Of a DNA stretch of 24,000 nt, positions 1-8,270 are shown piece after piece. The notes under the pieces are model-generated. The model made no database searches and had not been told where the DNA came from. It saw only the letters and a list, made by a program, of their open reading frames with translations. This DNA comes from Candidatus Heimdallarchaeota archaeon (GTDB lineage: Archaea > Asgardarchaeota > Heimdallarchaeia > JABLTI01). The position numbers were made by a program, and so were the translations under genes. Position 1 is the stretch's first letter, and each line of letters begins with the position of its first letter. The stretch lies in assembly GCA_018238155.1 (NCBI GenBank), contig JABCTZ010000026.1, forward strand, positions 1-24,000, read 5' to 3'.

Positions 1-699
1 AGTATAAAATACTAAACTTTTATTGAGATCTCCTTTCATTGAATGGATAATACCAATATTATTTAGTGCACTACTTATCGAAATAACATATCCTGATTTT
101 AGCCAATAGGAGTGAGCTTTCTGATAAAATTCTAATGCCTGATCAACATTTCCAGAATCAGCTTGATTACTCCCTAAGAGATTGAATAAACTACCAATTA
201 AGCTATCATTTTTGATATCCGCAATAATCTCTAAACCTTCAGAATAATACTTGAACCCAAGTTCATATTCGCTTCTTATTTGGGTTATTTGTCCTTTTAT
301 TAAGATTATTTCTAGTTGTAGTTCAGCTTTTTGGGCTACAGTTAGTTTTGTTTCATTTTGTAATGCTTTTTCTAACGATTTAATACTTTTATTGCAATCT
401 TTGTAAGATCTTATTCTATAATATACATAAGAAAGATCTATTTTTGCTCTATAATAATAATAGATTAATTTATCATCGTCTTTACTTTGTTCAATAATTA
501 GATTTGCAATTGTTCTATTCTCTTCATATCGTCCCATCCAATCATTGGTTCTGTTCAGCAATAATAAAAGTTTAAGTTTGTTTTTAGCACTAAAGTCAAA
601 TTTTTTCAAATTCGTTTCAATATACTCCAGTGTTTTCTCGAGAAGTCCTTCTTTTAAAAATTGTTTACTTTTAGTTAGTATGGTTTGCTGTATACTCAA
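1..699 (-). CDS. TPR-repeat protein, tandem paralog of the 913..2793 gene (C-terminal part cut by window edge)
   Basis: The minus frame is open from 699 down to base 1; I checked every in-frame triplet and found no tta/cta/tca. Translation LSIQQTILTKSKQFLKEGLLEKTLEYIE... aligns position for position with MSKEIIILDESKQLLNEGLLEEALKYIE... of the neighbouring 626-aa protein. There is no in-frame ATG, and the TTG at 699..697 sits exactly where the paralog has its ATG. It is absent from the ORF track because it runs off the window. Confidence 0.75.
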   Translation of the reverse strand, partial: MSIQQTILTKSKQFLKEGLLEKTLEYIETNLKKFDFSAKNKLKLLLLLNRTNDWMGRYEENRTIANLIIEQSKDDDKLIYYYYRAKIDLSYVYYRIRSYKDCNKSIKSLEKALQNETKLTVAQKAELQLEIILIKGQITQIRSEYELGFKYYSEGLEIIADIKNDSLIGSLFNLLGSNQADSGNVDQALEFYQKAHSYWLKSGYVISISSALNNIGIIHSMKGDLNKSLVFYT

Positions 700-912
700 A
701 TATATAAACCCCGTATTTTTTGTCGGATTGTTTCCTATATATATGGTATTTTGCTTATTTAAGGGAATTTATATAGGATAATAACGATACAAAAAATTTG
801 TTTGTTTATTTTTCTCAATGAAAAGTCAATCAAATTCTGGCAAAAATAAAGATAAAACTAAAGGATAAGAATCTTGTAAGAGAATAAAAAAAGATAGATG
901 ATAAAATAAAAT

Positions 913-2793
913 TTACCAACCTATTTGTCGTTTCTGTAAAGATTGGGCAAAACCTGCCAAGTCCTTCATACTGGGAGCACTTGTAGATGCATTTGTTGAA
1001 TAGGTTTCTACCCTGTTTTGCTTCATTGAAAACAGTAACCCTTCAAGTTTAATAGCTCCAAGACGATCTAACATAGTAGTTTCTTCTCCACTTATTAATT
1101 TATTATAGGAATCATCTGAATTCTTCTGTGCTTTCTTAACTACTTTATTTAATAACTTGTATCCTTTTTCTTCAGAAATTTGTTGTGCTTTCTCAAATAA
1201 TCTACTAGCAGCTTTTAAATCAGGTTTAAGTAATTCTAATTTGCCTTTGAGTAGATATGTTTTTGCAAGTAAAGAGAAAGCATTTTGTGTTTCACCGATT
1301 TCTACAAGTTTATTTGTTAGTAAGTCTAATTCATCTAGAATGCTTTCATTACCTAATATCTTCAATTCCATGATCAACAGTTCACACAAATTGAAAATAC
1401 CTTCAACGATTCGTTCATAATCTATGACTTCGCCATTGATTATTTCACTAATGATATCTTTAGCAGTTACAAATCGACCTAAAATAGTATAAAGTGAAGC
1501 AAATGATATTTCATCAGAAGTATTTTCTTCAGATTGCAGTACAAATGCTTTTGATAATCGATGAAGCATAGTCACATGCTTATTTTCTTCTTTTTCAGAT
1601 ATATCATAAAGCTTGGTAAGATATTCCTTTGCTTCTTTCATTGAGTTTGTTTCTAAAGAGATCTTGATCAATTGATATATACCTTGAGATGCTTGAACGT
1701 CATTAGTAATCTTCTCAGAGTTTTTCACACTAATTTCTGTGTACTGTTTAGCTTTTCTAAAATCCATTTTTGAGAAATAAACTTCTCCAATAGATAAGTA
1801 TACTTGGGCAATATAGAAAGCATTATCATAATCATTAAATATTTTCTTGGTTTTATTTAGGAATTCAAGTGCAATATCTAATTCTCCTTTTCTTTGATAA
1901 TATTGTCCTATACTTAAATATGAAAGACCAATTCGCATTTTATTATTTACTTCAAGAAACAATTTCAATGCTTTTTGATTATAATAATTAGAAGTATCAA
2001 GTTCACCTTTCAAATAATAGAGATAACCGATATTATGTAATTGATTGGCAATGTTTTCTTTGTTACCTGTTTTTTCATTCAATTTGAGTGCTTTTAAGAA
2101 GAAATCAAGTCCTTGATTAATATCCCCTTTCGTTGAATGAACTATTCCAATATTATTTAATGCCATACTTCTAGAAATAACATTTCCAGATTTTTCCCAA
2201 TGAAATAAAGCCGTGGTGTAATATTTCAATGCTTCATCTAAATTTCCAGAATCACTATGATTATTTCCAAAAAGGTTGTTTAATCTACCTACGAGATCAT
2301 CATTTTTGACATTTTTAGCAATTTTTAATCCTTTGGTATAAAGTTCCACACCAAGTTCAATATCACCACTTTTTGCAGTTACCATTCCATTCATTAAAAT
2401 AATCCTAAGATGAAGCTCATCTATTTGAGATTTATTTATTTTTGTTTCTTTCATTAAAGCTTTTTCTAAAGATTTCAAGTTTTTAGTACACTCTTTGTAA
2501 GAACCAGATCTAAAATGTACCGAAGCAGAGATTATTTTAGCTCTATAATAATAATAGACTAATTCTGGTTTATCTTTTCTTAGTGAAACAATTTGATTAA
2601 CTACTGCCTTATTTTCATCATATTTCCCCATTAAACTATTGGTTTTACTTAATAATAATAAAAGTTCAAGTTTGTTTTCAATACTAAATTCAGAATTATT
2701 CAAACTAGATTCAATATACTTTAAGGCTTCTTCAAGAAGACCTTCGTTTAACAACTGTTTGCTTTCATCTAAGATAATAATTTCTTTGCTCAT
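913..2793 (-). CDS. TPR-repeat protein (626 aa, kinesin-light-chain/LGN-style TPR units)
   Basis: Long ORF with ATG start and TAA stop. Repeated 34-40 aa units such as NNIGIVHSTKGDINQGLDFFLKALKL and HNIGYLYYLKGELDTSNYYNQKALKLF are typical TPR A/B helices. The antisense ORFs 1157..1420 and 2639..2827 are shadows. Confidence 0.85.
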   Translation of the reverse strand: MSKEIIILDESKQLLNEGLLEEALKYIESSLNNSEFSIENKLELLLLLSKTNSLMGKYDENKAVVNQIVSLRKDKPELVYYYYRAKIISASVHFRSGSYKECTKNLKSLEKALMKETKINKSQIDELHLRIILMNGMVTAKSGDIELGVELYTKGLKIAKNVKNDDLVGRLNNLFGNNHSDSGNLDEALKYYTTALFHWEKSGNVISRSMALNNIGIVHSTKGDINQGLDFFLKALKLNEKTGNKENIANQLHNIGYLYYLKGELDTSNYYNQKALKLFLEVNNKMRIGLSYLSIGQYYQRKGELDIALEFLNKTKKIFNDYDNAFYIAQVYLSIGEVYFSKMDFRKAKQYTEISVKNSEKITNDVQASQGIYQLIKISLETNSMKEAKEYLTKLYDISEKEENKHVTMLHRLSKAFVLQSEENTSDEISFASLYTILGRFVTAKDIISEIINGEVIDYERIVEGIFNLCELLIMELKILGNESILDELDLLTNKLVEIGETQNAFSLLAKTYLLKGKLELLKPDLKAASRLFEKAQQISEEKGYKLLNKVVKKAQKNSDDSYNKLISGEETTMLDRLGAIKLEGLLFSMKQNRVETYSTNASTSAPSMKDLAGFAQSLQKRQIGW

Positions 2794-2806
2794 GAAAATT
2801 AGATCC

Positions 2807-2886
2807 TTTTTTGTCGAGAAATTCTAAACATATGTAGGTATTCAATTTATATAAATCAATTTATTAAGGAAAATGTCGACAAAAAA
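2807..2886. promoter_or_regulatory. 11-bp perfect inverted repeat TTTTTTGTCGA (2807..2817) / TCGACAAAAAA (2876..2886) bracketing a TATA-like ATTTATATAAAT in the 5' region of the TPR gene
   Basis: Read directly: the two arms are exact reverse complements with a 58-bp spacer containing tttatataaat. Related copies lie upstream of other minus-strand genes (716..726, 5326..5334, and a degenerate one at 21054..21064). Confidence 0.4.
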
Positions 2887-3075
2887 TCAAACCATTTCAA
2901 TATAAATTAATATTCTAATTGTTGTGAAAAAAAATGTTTATAATATAAAAATAGATTTAGAAATTGATAATTCGCTTCATCAATTTCTATTTTTGTAGAA
3001 AATCTATTAAAGCTAATTTTTTGTATTATTAGCTCAACCGTTATCTTAATTAATTCTTTAGCACAATAATATTCG

Positions 3076-3900
3076 GTGTTTAATGATTTGACAATTGTAA
3101 TTTCAGTATCTAGCATTAGAGGAGGAGTTGGAAAATCAAGTTTATCGTTAGAGCTATCGCTATATTTGAGTACAAAAGGTAAAGTATTACTCATCGATAC
3201 AGACTTCTATGCACCTACGATTTTCAATGAAATTAACTCAAGATTAAAGCACAAAGCATTATCTGCTACTAAGCATTTTTCTCGAGATGTTTTCAAAGGA
3301 CTTTGTGAAGTCAAAGATTCAGTTGTAAAAGCTTCTACGAATTTTTATGTTATGTTTAGTGATCCCAAAGTGAATTTATGGGAATTAAGCACAGATATTG
3401 GTACAAAAGAATTTTGGATAGATGAAAATCCAAATAAACCATCTCAAGCGGAATTAGGCTTGGCTAAAATAAAAGAGTATACTGACAAGTTATCTTTTGA
3501 TTTCATTGTATTTGATTCAATGGCAGGAATGGCCTATCCGGTAATATTCTTTAGTTATCTTAGCACATATCCCATTTTTCTTACCAGAGCCTCTCTCCCA
3601 CAAGTAGAGGATGCAGTTGGTTTTATTAATCTAGTAGGCTCTGCAGAAAAACCGATAAATTTAGTTTGGAGCAATGTACCCAATGCGGATTCTTTTCTAC
3701 AAACTACTCGAGCAAAATTGAATCAAGCCATACAAGAAAAATGTGGAAATAGATTCAGAGCTCTAGGTTATATTCCTCGAGATCCGGAATTTGAGAGAGC
3801 AGCATTAGAAGGCAATCTAACAATGATTCCTAATGCTTTGAATTCAGCGTACTTTAAACAATTGAATGTTTTAATAAATACCATGTTCAATAACAAGTAG
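3076..3900 (+). CDS. ParA/MinD-family (SIMIBI) P-loop ATPase-like protein with a variant deviant Walker A
   Basis: Contains VISVSSIRGGVGKSS (deviant Walker A, xKGGxGK[ST] pattern with R in place of the signature K), LLIDTDFYAPT, a Walker B-like FDFIVFDSMAG, and a C-terminal GYIPRDPEFERAALEG typical of MinD/ParA. The start is uncertain: GTG at 3076 or TTG at 3088 (MTIVISVSS...). A stop codon lies immediately upstream of 3076. Confidence 0.75.
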   Translation: MFNDLTIVISVSSIRGGVGKSSLSLELSLYLSTKGKVLLIDTDFYAPTIFNEINSRLKHKALSATKHFSRDVFKGLCEVKDSVVKASTNFYVMFSDPKVNLWELSTDIGTKEFWIDENPNKPSQAELGLAKIKEYTDKLSFDFIVFDSMAGMAYPVIFFSYLSTYPIFLTRASLPQVEDAVGFINLVGSAEKPINLVWSNVPNADSFLQTTRAKLNQAIQEKCGNRFRALGYIPRDPEFERAALEGNLTMIPNALNSAYFKQLNVLINTMFNNK

Positions 3901-3907
3901 GCTTTTA

Positions 3908-5263
3908 TTATTTTTCTTCTTCACCAATTGATTTGTGAAAGAGGTTTGAAAGCCCTACGCGTTCTGATTTTTTAATCAGATGATTCTTATCAACTAATTC
4001 TAATTGCTTGCTTTGATTAAATTCGGTCAATACTCCAACAATCTTATCATAAAACCATGAGATTTCAGATAAAATACTTCCATCAACTTCCTCAGGAAAT
4101 GAAATAATGTTCATTTTGAGCTGCTTTACAAGTCCTTTATGTTTCTTATTTAGAAGGGTTTGAATATTCTTACTTTTTTCTTTGGAATGTTTTAGTAGTA
4201 TGGGATGGAACACTTTATGTAGATTTTCTTCCATTCGGTTCAAAATTGTTAGCTCTTTGACGGATTCATTGATGTCAGATCCATAATAAATACCAATTAT
4301 TTCAGTTCTATTTAGATTGGCATTTCTTGCAAAATAATCCAATTTTGAAGGTGTAACAAACCAAAGAATTACTTTTCCAATTTGCATTTTCACAATTTCA
4401 CTCTCAGATTGATATACACGCCACTTAATATTTCTTAAATCTTTAATAGGGGGTATATGATACTGTAAAGCAGTAATTAAATCAAAAAGCGTACCAACCA
4501 ATACTATACTTACAGAAGATTTAACCTGTTTGTCTATAAATCTGAAAGAAGCTTTTGCCAATGAATAAATTGATTCAACTTTTTCGCTAATTGTTAATAA
4601 TTGATGTTCCAAATATCTTTGAATTTGAGATGTTACATCGACATCTGATTGACTTTCAACTGAAAGATTTTGAACTTCATTAATAATCTCTTTTTCTAAA
4701 AGAGAGACTTTTTTATCCGTGAAATTATTTATATCTTGTGCTATTCCGCTTGCAGAACTAAATTTAGTTTTGATCATTCCTTTTGCATGTGTAACCAATG
4801 TTTCAAATTTTCTAGGATAAATTGCTAGAAACAAACTAGCTACAACACTGCCTTGTGAACTTATTCTTTCATCTCTTACAGATTCATCTTTGCTTCTGAA
4901 GACATGAACCAACATATACCAATCCTGATAAGGTATTTCTTCATTGTTTTTATTAGTAAACCCTTGAGTTTTTGGGAGTGGAAAAGGACCAAAAAGATGC
5001 TCGCCTTCAACTTGCTGAATGAATATCGCACTGTAATTTGCAATAAAATTTAACAGTCTTTCAGGGAATTCCTTTCTAGTAGATTCGCTTTGAGCTTTTA
5101 TTTCCATTCCTTTGTCTGTAAAGGAAGCTAAGCTTAGATATAACATAAAATCATCAATATTTTCTACATCATGAAAATCACCTTTTAGAACCGTTTTTTT
5201 AACTTGAAAAGGTGAATCACTTTTTGACCTAATTTTTTTAAATAAATCTCTGACGAAAGACAT
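3908..5263 (-). CDS. Hypothetical 451-aa protein: N-terminal longin-like region, central coiled-coil-like region, C-terminal alpha/beta region
   Basis: Long ORF with ATG start preceded by AAGAGGA 8 nt upstream, and TAA stop. Residues ~40-170 (FMLYLSLASFTDKGMEIKAQS ... FPERLLNFIANYSAIF ... LFGPFPLP ... WYMLVHVFRSKD ... VASLFLAIYPRKFETLV) show the strand-strand-helix-strand-strand-strand-helix order of longin domains. The functional call is inference only. Confidence 0.8.
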   Translation of the reverse strand: MSFVRDLFKKIRSKSDSPFQVKKTVLKGDFHDVENIDDFMLYLSLASFTDKGMEIKAQSESTRKEFPERLLNFIANYSAIFIQQVEGEHLFGPFPLPKTQGFTNKNNEEIPYQDWYMLVHVFRSKDESVRDERISSQGSVVASLFLAIYPRKFETLVTHAKGMIKTKFSSASGIAQDINNFTDKKVSLLEKEIINEVQNLSVESQSDVDVTSQIQRYLEHQLLTISEKVESIYSLAKASFRFIDKQVKSSVSIVLVGTLFDLITALQYHIPPIKDLRNIKWRVYQSESEIVKMQIGKVILWFVTPSKLDYFARNANLNRTEIIGIYYGSDINESVKELTILNRMEENLHKVFHPILLKHSKEKSKNIQTLLNKKHKGLVKQLKMNIISFPEEVDGSILSEISWFYDKIVGVLTEFNQSKQLELVDKNHLIKKSERVGLSNLFHKSIGEEEK

Positions 5264-5619
5264 TTTTATTCCTCTTATTTTAAGTAGTTATTATGAATGA
5301 ATTATTATCTAAAAATATGTTGATTTCGACAAAACCTTACTCTTAATCTTTCAAAGAATTTTACTTAAAAACGATGTTATTAAGGCATTCAGTAAAATTA
5401 ATAATATTAAAAAGCAAAATTTTACTTTATTTACTATTTGCTTATTTAAAAAGCATTAATGATTAGAAGACACTATTATATTCTGTTTCAGAGGTTTGAA
5501 TATTAAAAGCAAACTTAAAAATAACTTGACTTCTTATCTTAAGAATGATGATTTTTTCTACTGTAAGAAACCAAAGTATTGCTCTGAATATGAAATGAAT
5601 AAATTAAAGCAAAAATACT

Positions 5620-5725
5620 TGGTGCCGAGAGGGAGAGTTGAACTCCCGGCTCAGGAACCACAATCCCGAATGTTGCCAGTATATTTTAGAAAGAATGCTT
5701 CTAACTAAACTTACACCATCTCAGC
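5620..5725 (-). tRNA. tRNA-His (anticodon GUG) with a ~30-nt insert (putative non-canonical intron) in the D-loop; A73 and CCA encoded
   Basis: Minus-strand read: GCTGAGA TG GTGT [39 nt] ACAT T CGGGA TTGTGGT TCCTG AGCC GGGAG TTCAACT CTCCC TCTCGGC A CCA. The acceptor stem is 7 bp with one G-U. The D stem is GTGT/ACAT, the anticodon stem CGGGA/TCCTG, and U33 precedes GTG. The T arm has a TTCAACT loop. U8, A14, GG and A21 are in place only if ~30 nt are removed from the D-loop. It is one of two GC-rich islands in the AT-rich sequence. ORF 5496..5708 overlaps it and is spurious. Confidence 0.7.
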
Positions 5726-5752
5726 TTTGGTGATTTTGAATTACTAATTGGG

Positions 5753-5759
5753 TATAAAA
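5753..5759 (-). promoter_or_regulatory. TATA-box-like element upstream of tRNA-His
   Basis: The minus strand reads cTTTTATAcc, ending about 27 nt upstream of the mature tRNA 5' end. This fits the archaeal TATA position if transcription starts a few nt before the mature end. Confidence 0.4.
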
Positions 5760-6082
5760 GTCATTCGAAAGAAGTTGAAATTTAATATGTAAGTAGTTCA
5801 CAATATAATAGCTGACTTTCTTTGTTAAGGTATTTTTAACACTTCATTTTAATCACATATTTTATCCATTTTTGTATAAGATTAACTTCAAAGTTCTTTT
5901 TGTAGTCAAAAGAACAAAAGGCAGATTTCGTTTTGTATAAAACTTCTTCCAAAGGAGAGGAAGCACTTATTCTATTTTACAAACTTATTACTGGTTATTC
6001 TAGTAGTAAATCTAAAAGAAAAATACTTCACTGATCAGTTTATGAAGATTAATAGAAGACAAGAAAAAATCAAACAAAGAAT

Positions 6083-6529
6083 TTACTTCTTCTTAGGTTT
6101 TCGCTTGATAGAAATTAGTTTTTTGATTTCGTTAACGAGTTCTTTGTCAACTACTCTAATAAATAACCAACGACCATCATGCAATTGTTTTGTATTGTCA
6201 AAAAGCTCATTTATTGATTTGCTAAATTCATCTCGCTGTTCGCAATATTTCTCAATTTCCTTCTTACCATAAGTAATTAAAAATGTGAAACTATTCCTTT
6301 CAGGGAAAAATGAACAGAGGGTTTTGTTACTTTTTCTATATCTAACCAACCAGCCATAATTTGTTCCATAAAAAACTGTTTCAGGTTCAATATCATAGTT
6401 TGCTTTCATGAATGATAAAAGCTCATTCCAAGCAGTTTCTGCCTTGACACCAATAAAGCCTACCATTTCAGCTCTAGATGGTTTCTTATCTCTCTCAAGC
6501 ATTCTTTGGTGATCCTTATATTCAACCAT
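6083..6529 (-). CDS. DUF3788-like protein
   Basis: 148-aa ORF with ATG start and TAA stop. The motif string YGWLVRYRKSNKTLCSFFPERNSFTFLITYGKKE ... HDGRWLFIRV ... IKKLISIKRKPKKK matches my recollection of the DUF3788 family (GW-x-KY-KK-G-x-LC-x-YPE..F...G..E ... GRWL.I.V ... L.IR.KPK). Confidence 0.75.
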   Translation of the reverse strand: MVEYKDHQRMLERDKKPSRAEMVGFIGVKAETAWNELLSFMKANYDIEPETVFYGTNYGWLVRYRKSNKTLCSFFPERNSFTFLITYGKKEIEKYCEQRDEFSKSINELFDNTKQLHDGRWLFIRVVDKELVNEIKKLISIKRKPKKK

Positions 6530-6695
6530 ATTCTATCAGTTGTACAAGTGTTCTTCGAATAAATAAACATTTCAAAAAAGCATCATAGAGAAATATGTTC
6601 ACAAATCATTTCTAATGCAATGGTTAATATCAAAAAAGAATAATGTCAGAGGAATTAGCTCCCTCTGTTTTTTTTCACCTATATTTGAAACGGTT

Positions 6696-8270
6696 TTATT
6701 CCTCAAATTTTTTAGGAACTCTTGCATTACCGTTGTTAATAGTGCCACCTGCAATAACATCATTTACCTGTATTCCTGAAAGTAAGGAAGCAAAAACACC
6801 ATGAACGAATCTTGGTTGATAGAGGTTCTTAATGGGTGTGATCATTGCTAACCGAGATCGTCCAAAATTATCTGGATACGGAGCCATGTCATAAATTGAA
6901 GCTGTGGGTGATCCAGAGTAACGAGCATATGTTGCAGGTGTTGAAATATCCCTTAAAACAATGTGTTTTGTGAGATCTGGGATAACGTATTTCTCAACTA
7001 AGCTGATAAAGTAGTCCGCCCATTTCTCTTTCTTCGCTTTGTACTCTTTCGAATCTTCTTTTCTTAATTTTGCCCAATCAGCTAAAGCCATCGGTACTAC
7101 TCGAATAGTAATATTTGGTTTTCCGCCCGTTGTTAATGAGGGACAAATGATTCCAAAATGGAATTGTTTATCTGTGAATCCGATTTCCCCTTTTTCAAAG
7201 GAGTCAAAGAGTTTATCGAAAGAGCCTTTGCCTGTTGACAAGACATTGTATCCACAATCTAATCCGAGACCAGCTAAATCGATTTCATCATCTAATCCCA
7301 GAGAAATATTAAATGAAGAAGTGGACATTTTGACTGAAGAAACTTTTTTAGCATATTTCTTGTCATATTTAGCAATTACATCTAGTCCAATCATTTGCCT
7401 CATTGCAATATTTGGGTCGAGTGTTGTGATAACATTATCTGAAAGAATCTTTTCACCACTGGCTAGTTTCACGCCTTGAACAACGCCATCATCAATTAAA
7501 ATTTGATCCACTGTAGTATTGAGTAATAATTTTCCTCCTTGAGATAAATAATGTTCAGTTAATTTCTGAGGAAACTCTATGAATCCTTTCTTTGGACGAT
7601 AAGCACCCGCAATAAGCGAATTAATTGCTGAAACGGTCATTAATGCCGCAGCGCGATTTCCAGGAAGACCACTAAATGCTGCATAAGAGTCAAAAATCTC
7701 GATAACCTCATGTTCTGTGATATTGAATTGCTTGAAATATTCATCGAAAGTTTTTGAAGCATTCTTAATTATTTTTGGAGTTGTGAACAACATTTTCAGT
7801 ATTTGGAAAAAATTTGGGTTCAATTTTAATGCAAAGAATTCCTTGTACATTGCTCTTGAGTAATCAAGAAAATGCTCAATTTCCTTTGCATTGTTAGGAT
7901 ATTCAGTCATCAATTTATTCTTGAAATTATTGTATCCGGATGGTATCTCAATTTTGGTTATTTTTTCTGTATTAGGATCTACAATAAAGAATCGTGTATA
8001 GTACCCTTTGAATTCTTTCAAGTCAATTTCTATGCCAAGAAAATCATATAATTCAGACATATCAGGTATCATTTGACAAGTGTCAAAAACGTATCCTTTG
8101 CGTTCGTAAGAAGTAACATATCCACCTGTTTTTGGTTCTTTTTCAATTAGAAGGACAGGTTCTTCTTTTACATTGTGATGGAGTGCCCACGTTAGAGCAG
8201 AGCTTAAACCTGTAACTCCTCCACCGATTACGATTAATCCTTGCTTTTCTTTTGGAATGTTTTTTACCAT
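6696..8270 (-). CDS. FAD/NAD(P)-binding oxidoreductase, phytoene-desaturase (CrtI)-like superfamily
   Basis: N-terminal dinucleotide fold GLIVIGGGVTGLSSA ... LLIEKEPKTGGY ... GYVFDTC, with a long Rossmann/substrate domain. I place the start at the ATG at 8270 (MVKNIPKEKQGLIVIGGG). The track ORF extends to a TTG at 8339, which is possible but less typical. Confidence 0.85.
   Translation of the reverse strand: MVKNIPKEKQGLIVIGGGVTGLSSALTWALHHNVKEEPVLLIEKEPKTGGYVTSYERKGYVFDTCQMIPDMSELYDFLGIEIDLKEFKGYYTRFFIVDPNTEKITKIEIPSGYNNFKNKLMTEYPNNAKEIEHFLDYSRAMYKEFFALKLNPNFFQILKMLFTTPKIIKNASKTFDEYFKQFNITEHEVIEIFDSYAAFSGLPGNRAAALMTVSAINSLIAGAYRPKKGFIEFPQKLTEHYLSQGGKLLLNTTVDQILIDDGVVQGVKLASGEKILSDNVITTLDPNIAMRQMIGLDVIAKYDKKYAKKVSSVKMSTSSFNISLGLDDEIDLAGLGLDCGYNVLSTGKGSFDKLFDSFEKGEIGFTDKQFHFGIICPSLTTGGKPNITIRVVPMALADWAKLRKEDSKEYKAKKEKWADYFISLVEKYVIPDLTKHIVLRDISTPATYARYSGSPTASIYDMAPYPDNFGRSRLAMITPIKNLYQPRFVHGVFASLLSGIQVNDVIAGGTINNGNARVPKKFEE

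Noticed and set aside
545-781. 78-aa plus-strand ORF (and its twin at 2639..2827)
   Set aside because: Both are antisense shadows of the N-terminal regions of the two TPR paralogs. They are low-complexity F/L/S-rich translations with no motifs.
1157-1420. 87-aa plus-strand ORF
   Set aside because: It lies entirely inside, and antisense to, the well-supported 626-aa TPR gene.
2907-3194. 95-aa minus-strand ORF
   Set aside because: It overlaps the 5' end of the ParA/MinD-like gene and the AT-rich promoter region. It has no motifs, and its composition is typical of antisense or intergenic translation.
5544-5586. Possible C/D-box sRNA (ATGATGA ... CTGA) on the plus strand; a second candidate lies on the minus strand at 12461..12533
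   Set aside because: Neither has recognisable internal D'/C' boxes or a terminal stem, and the lengths (43 and 73 nt) are atypical. Such short boxes arise by chance in AT-rich DNA.
5496-5708. 70-aa plus-strand ORF
   Set aside because: Its only GC-rich part is the reverse complement of tRNA-His (5620..5725); the rest is AT-rich spacer.
6042-6272. 76-aa plus-strand ORF
   Set aside because: It is antisense to the DUF3788-like gene, which has clear family motifs.
7039-7479. 146-aa plus-strand ORF
   Set aside because: It is antisense to the FAD oxidoreductase gene and has no recognisable domain.
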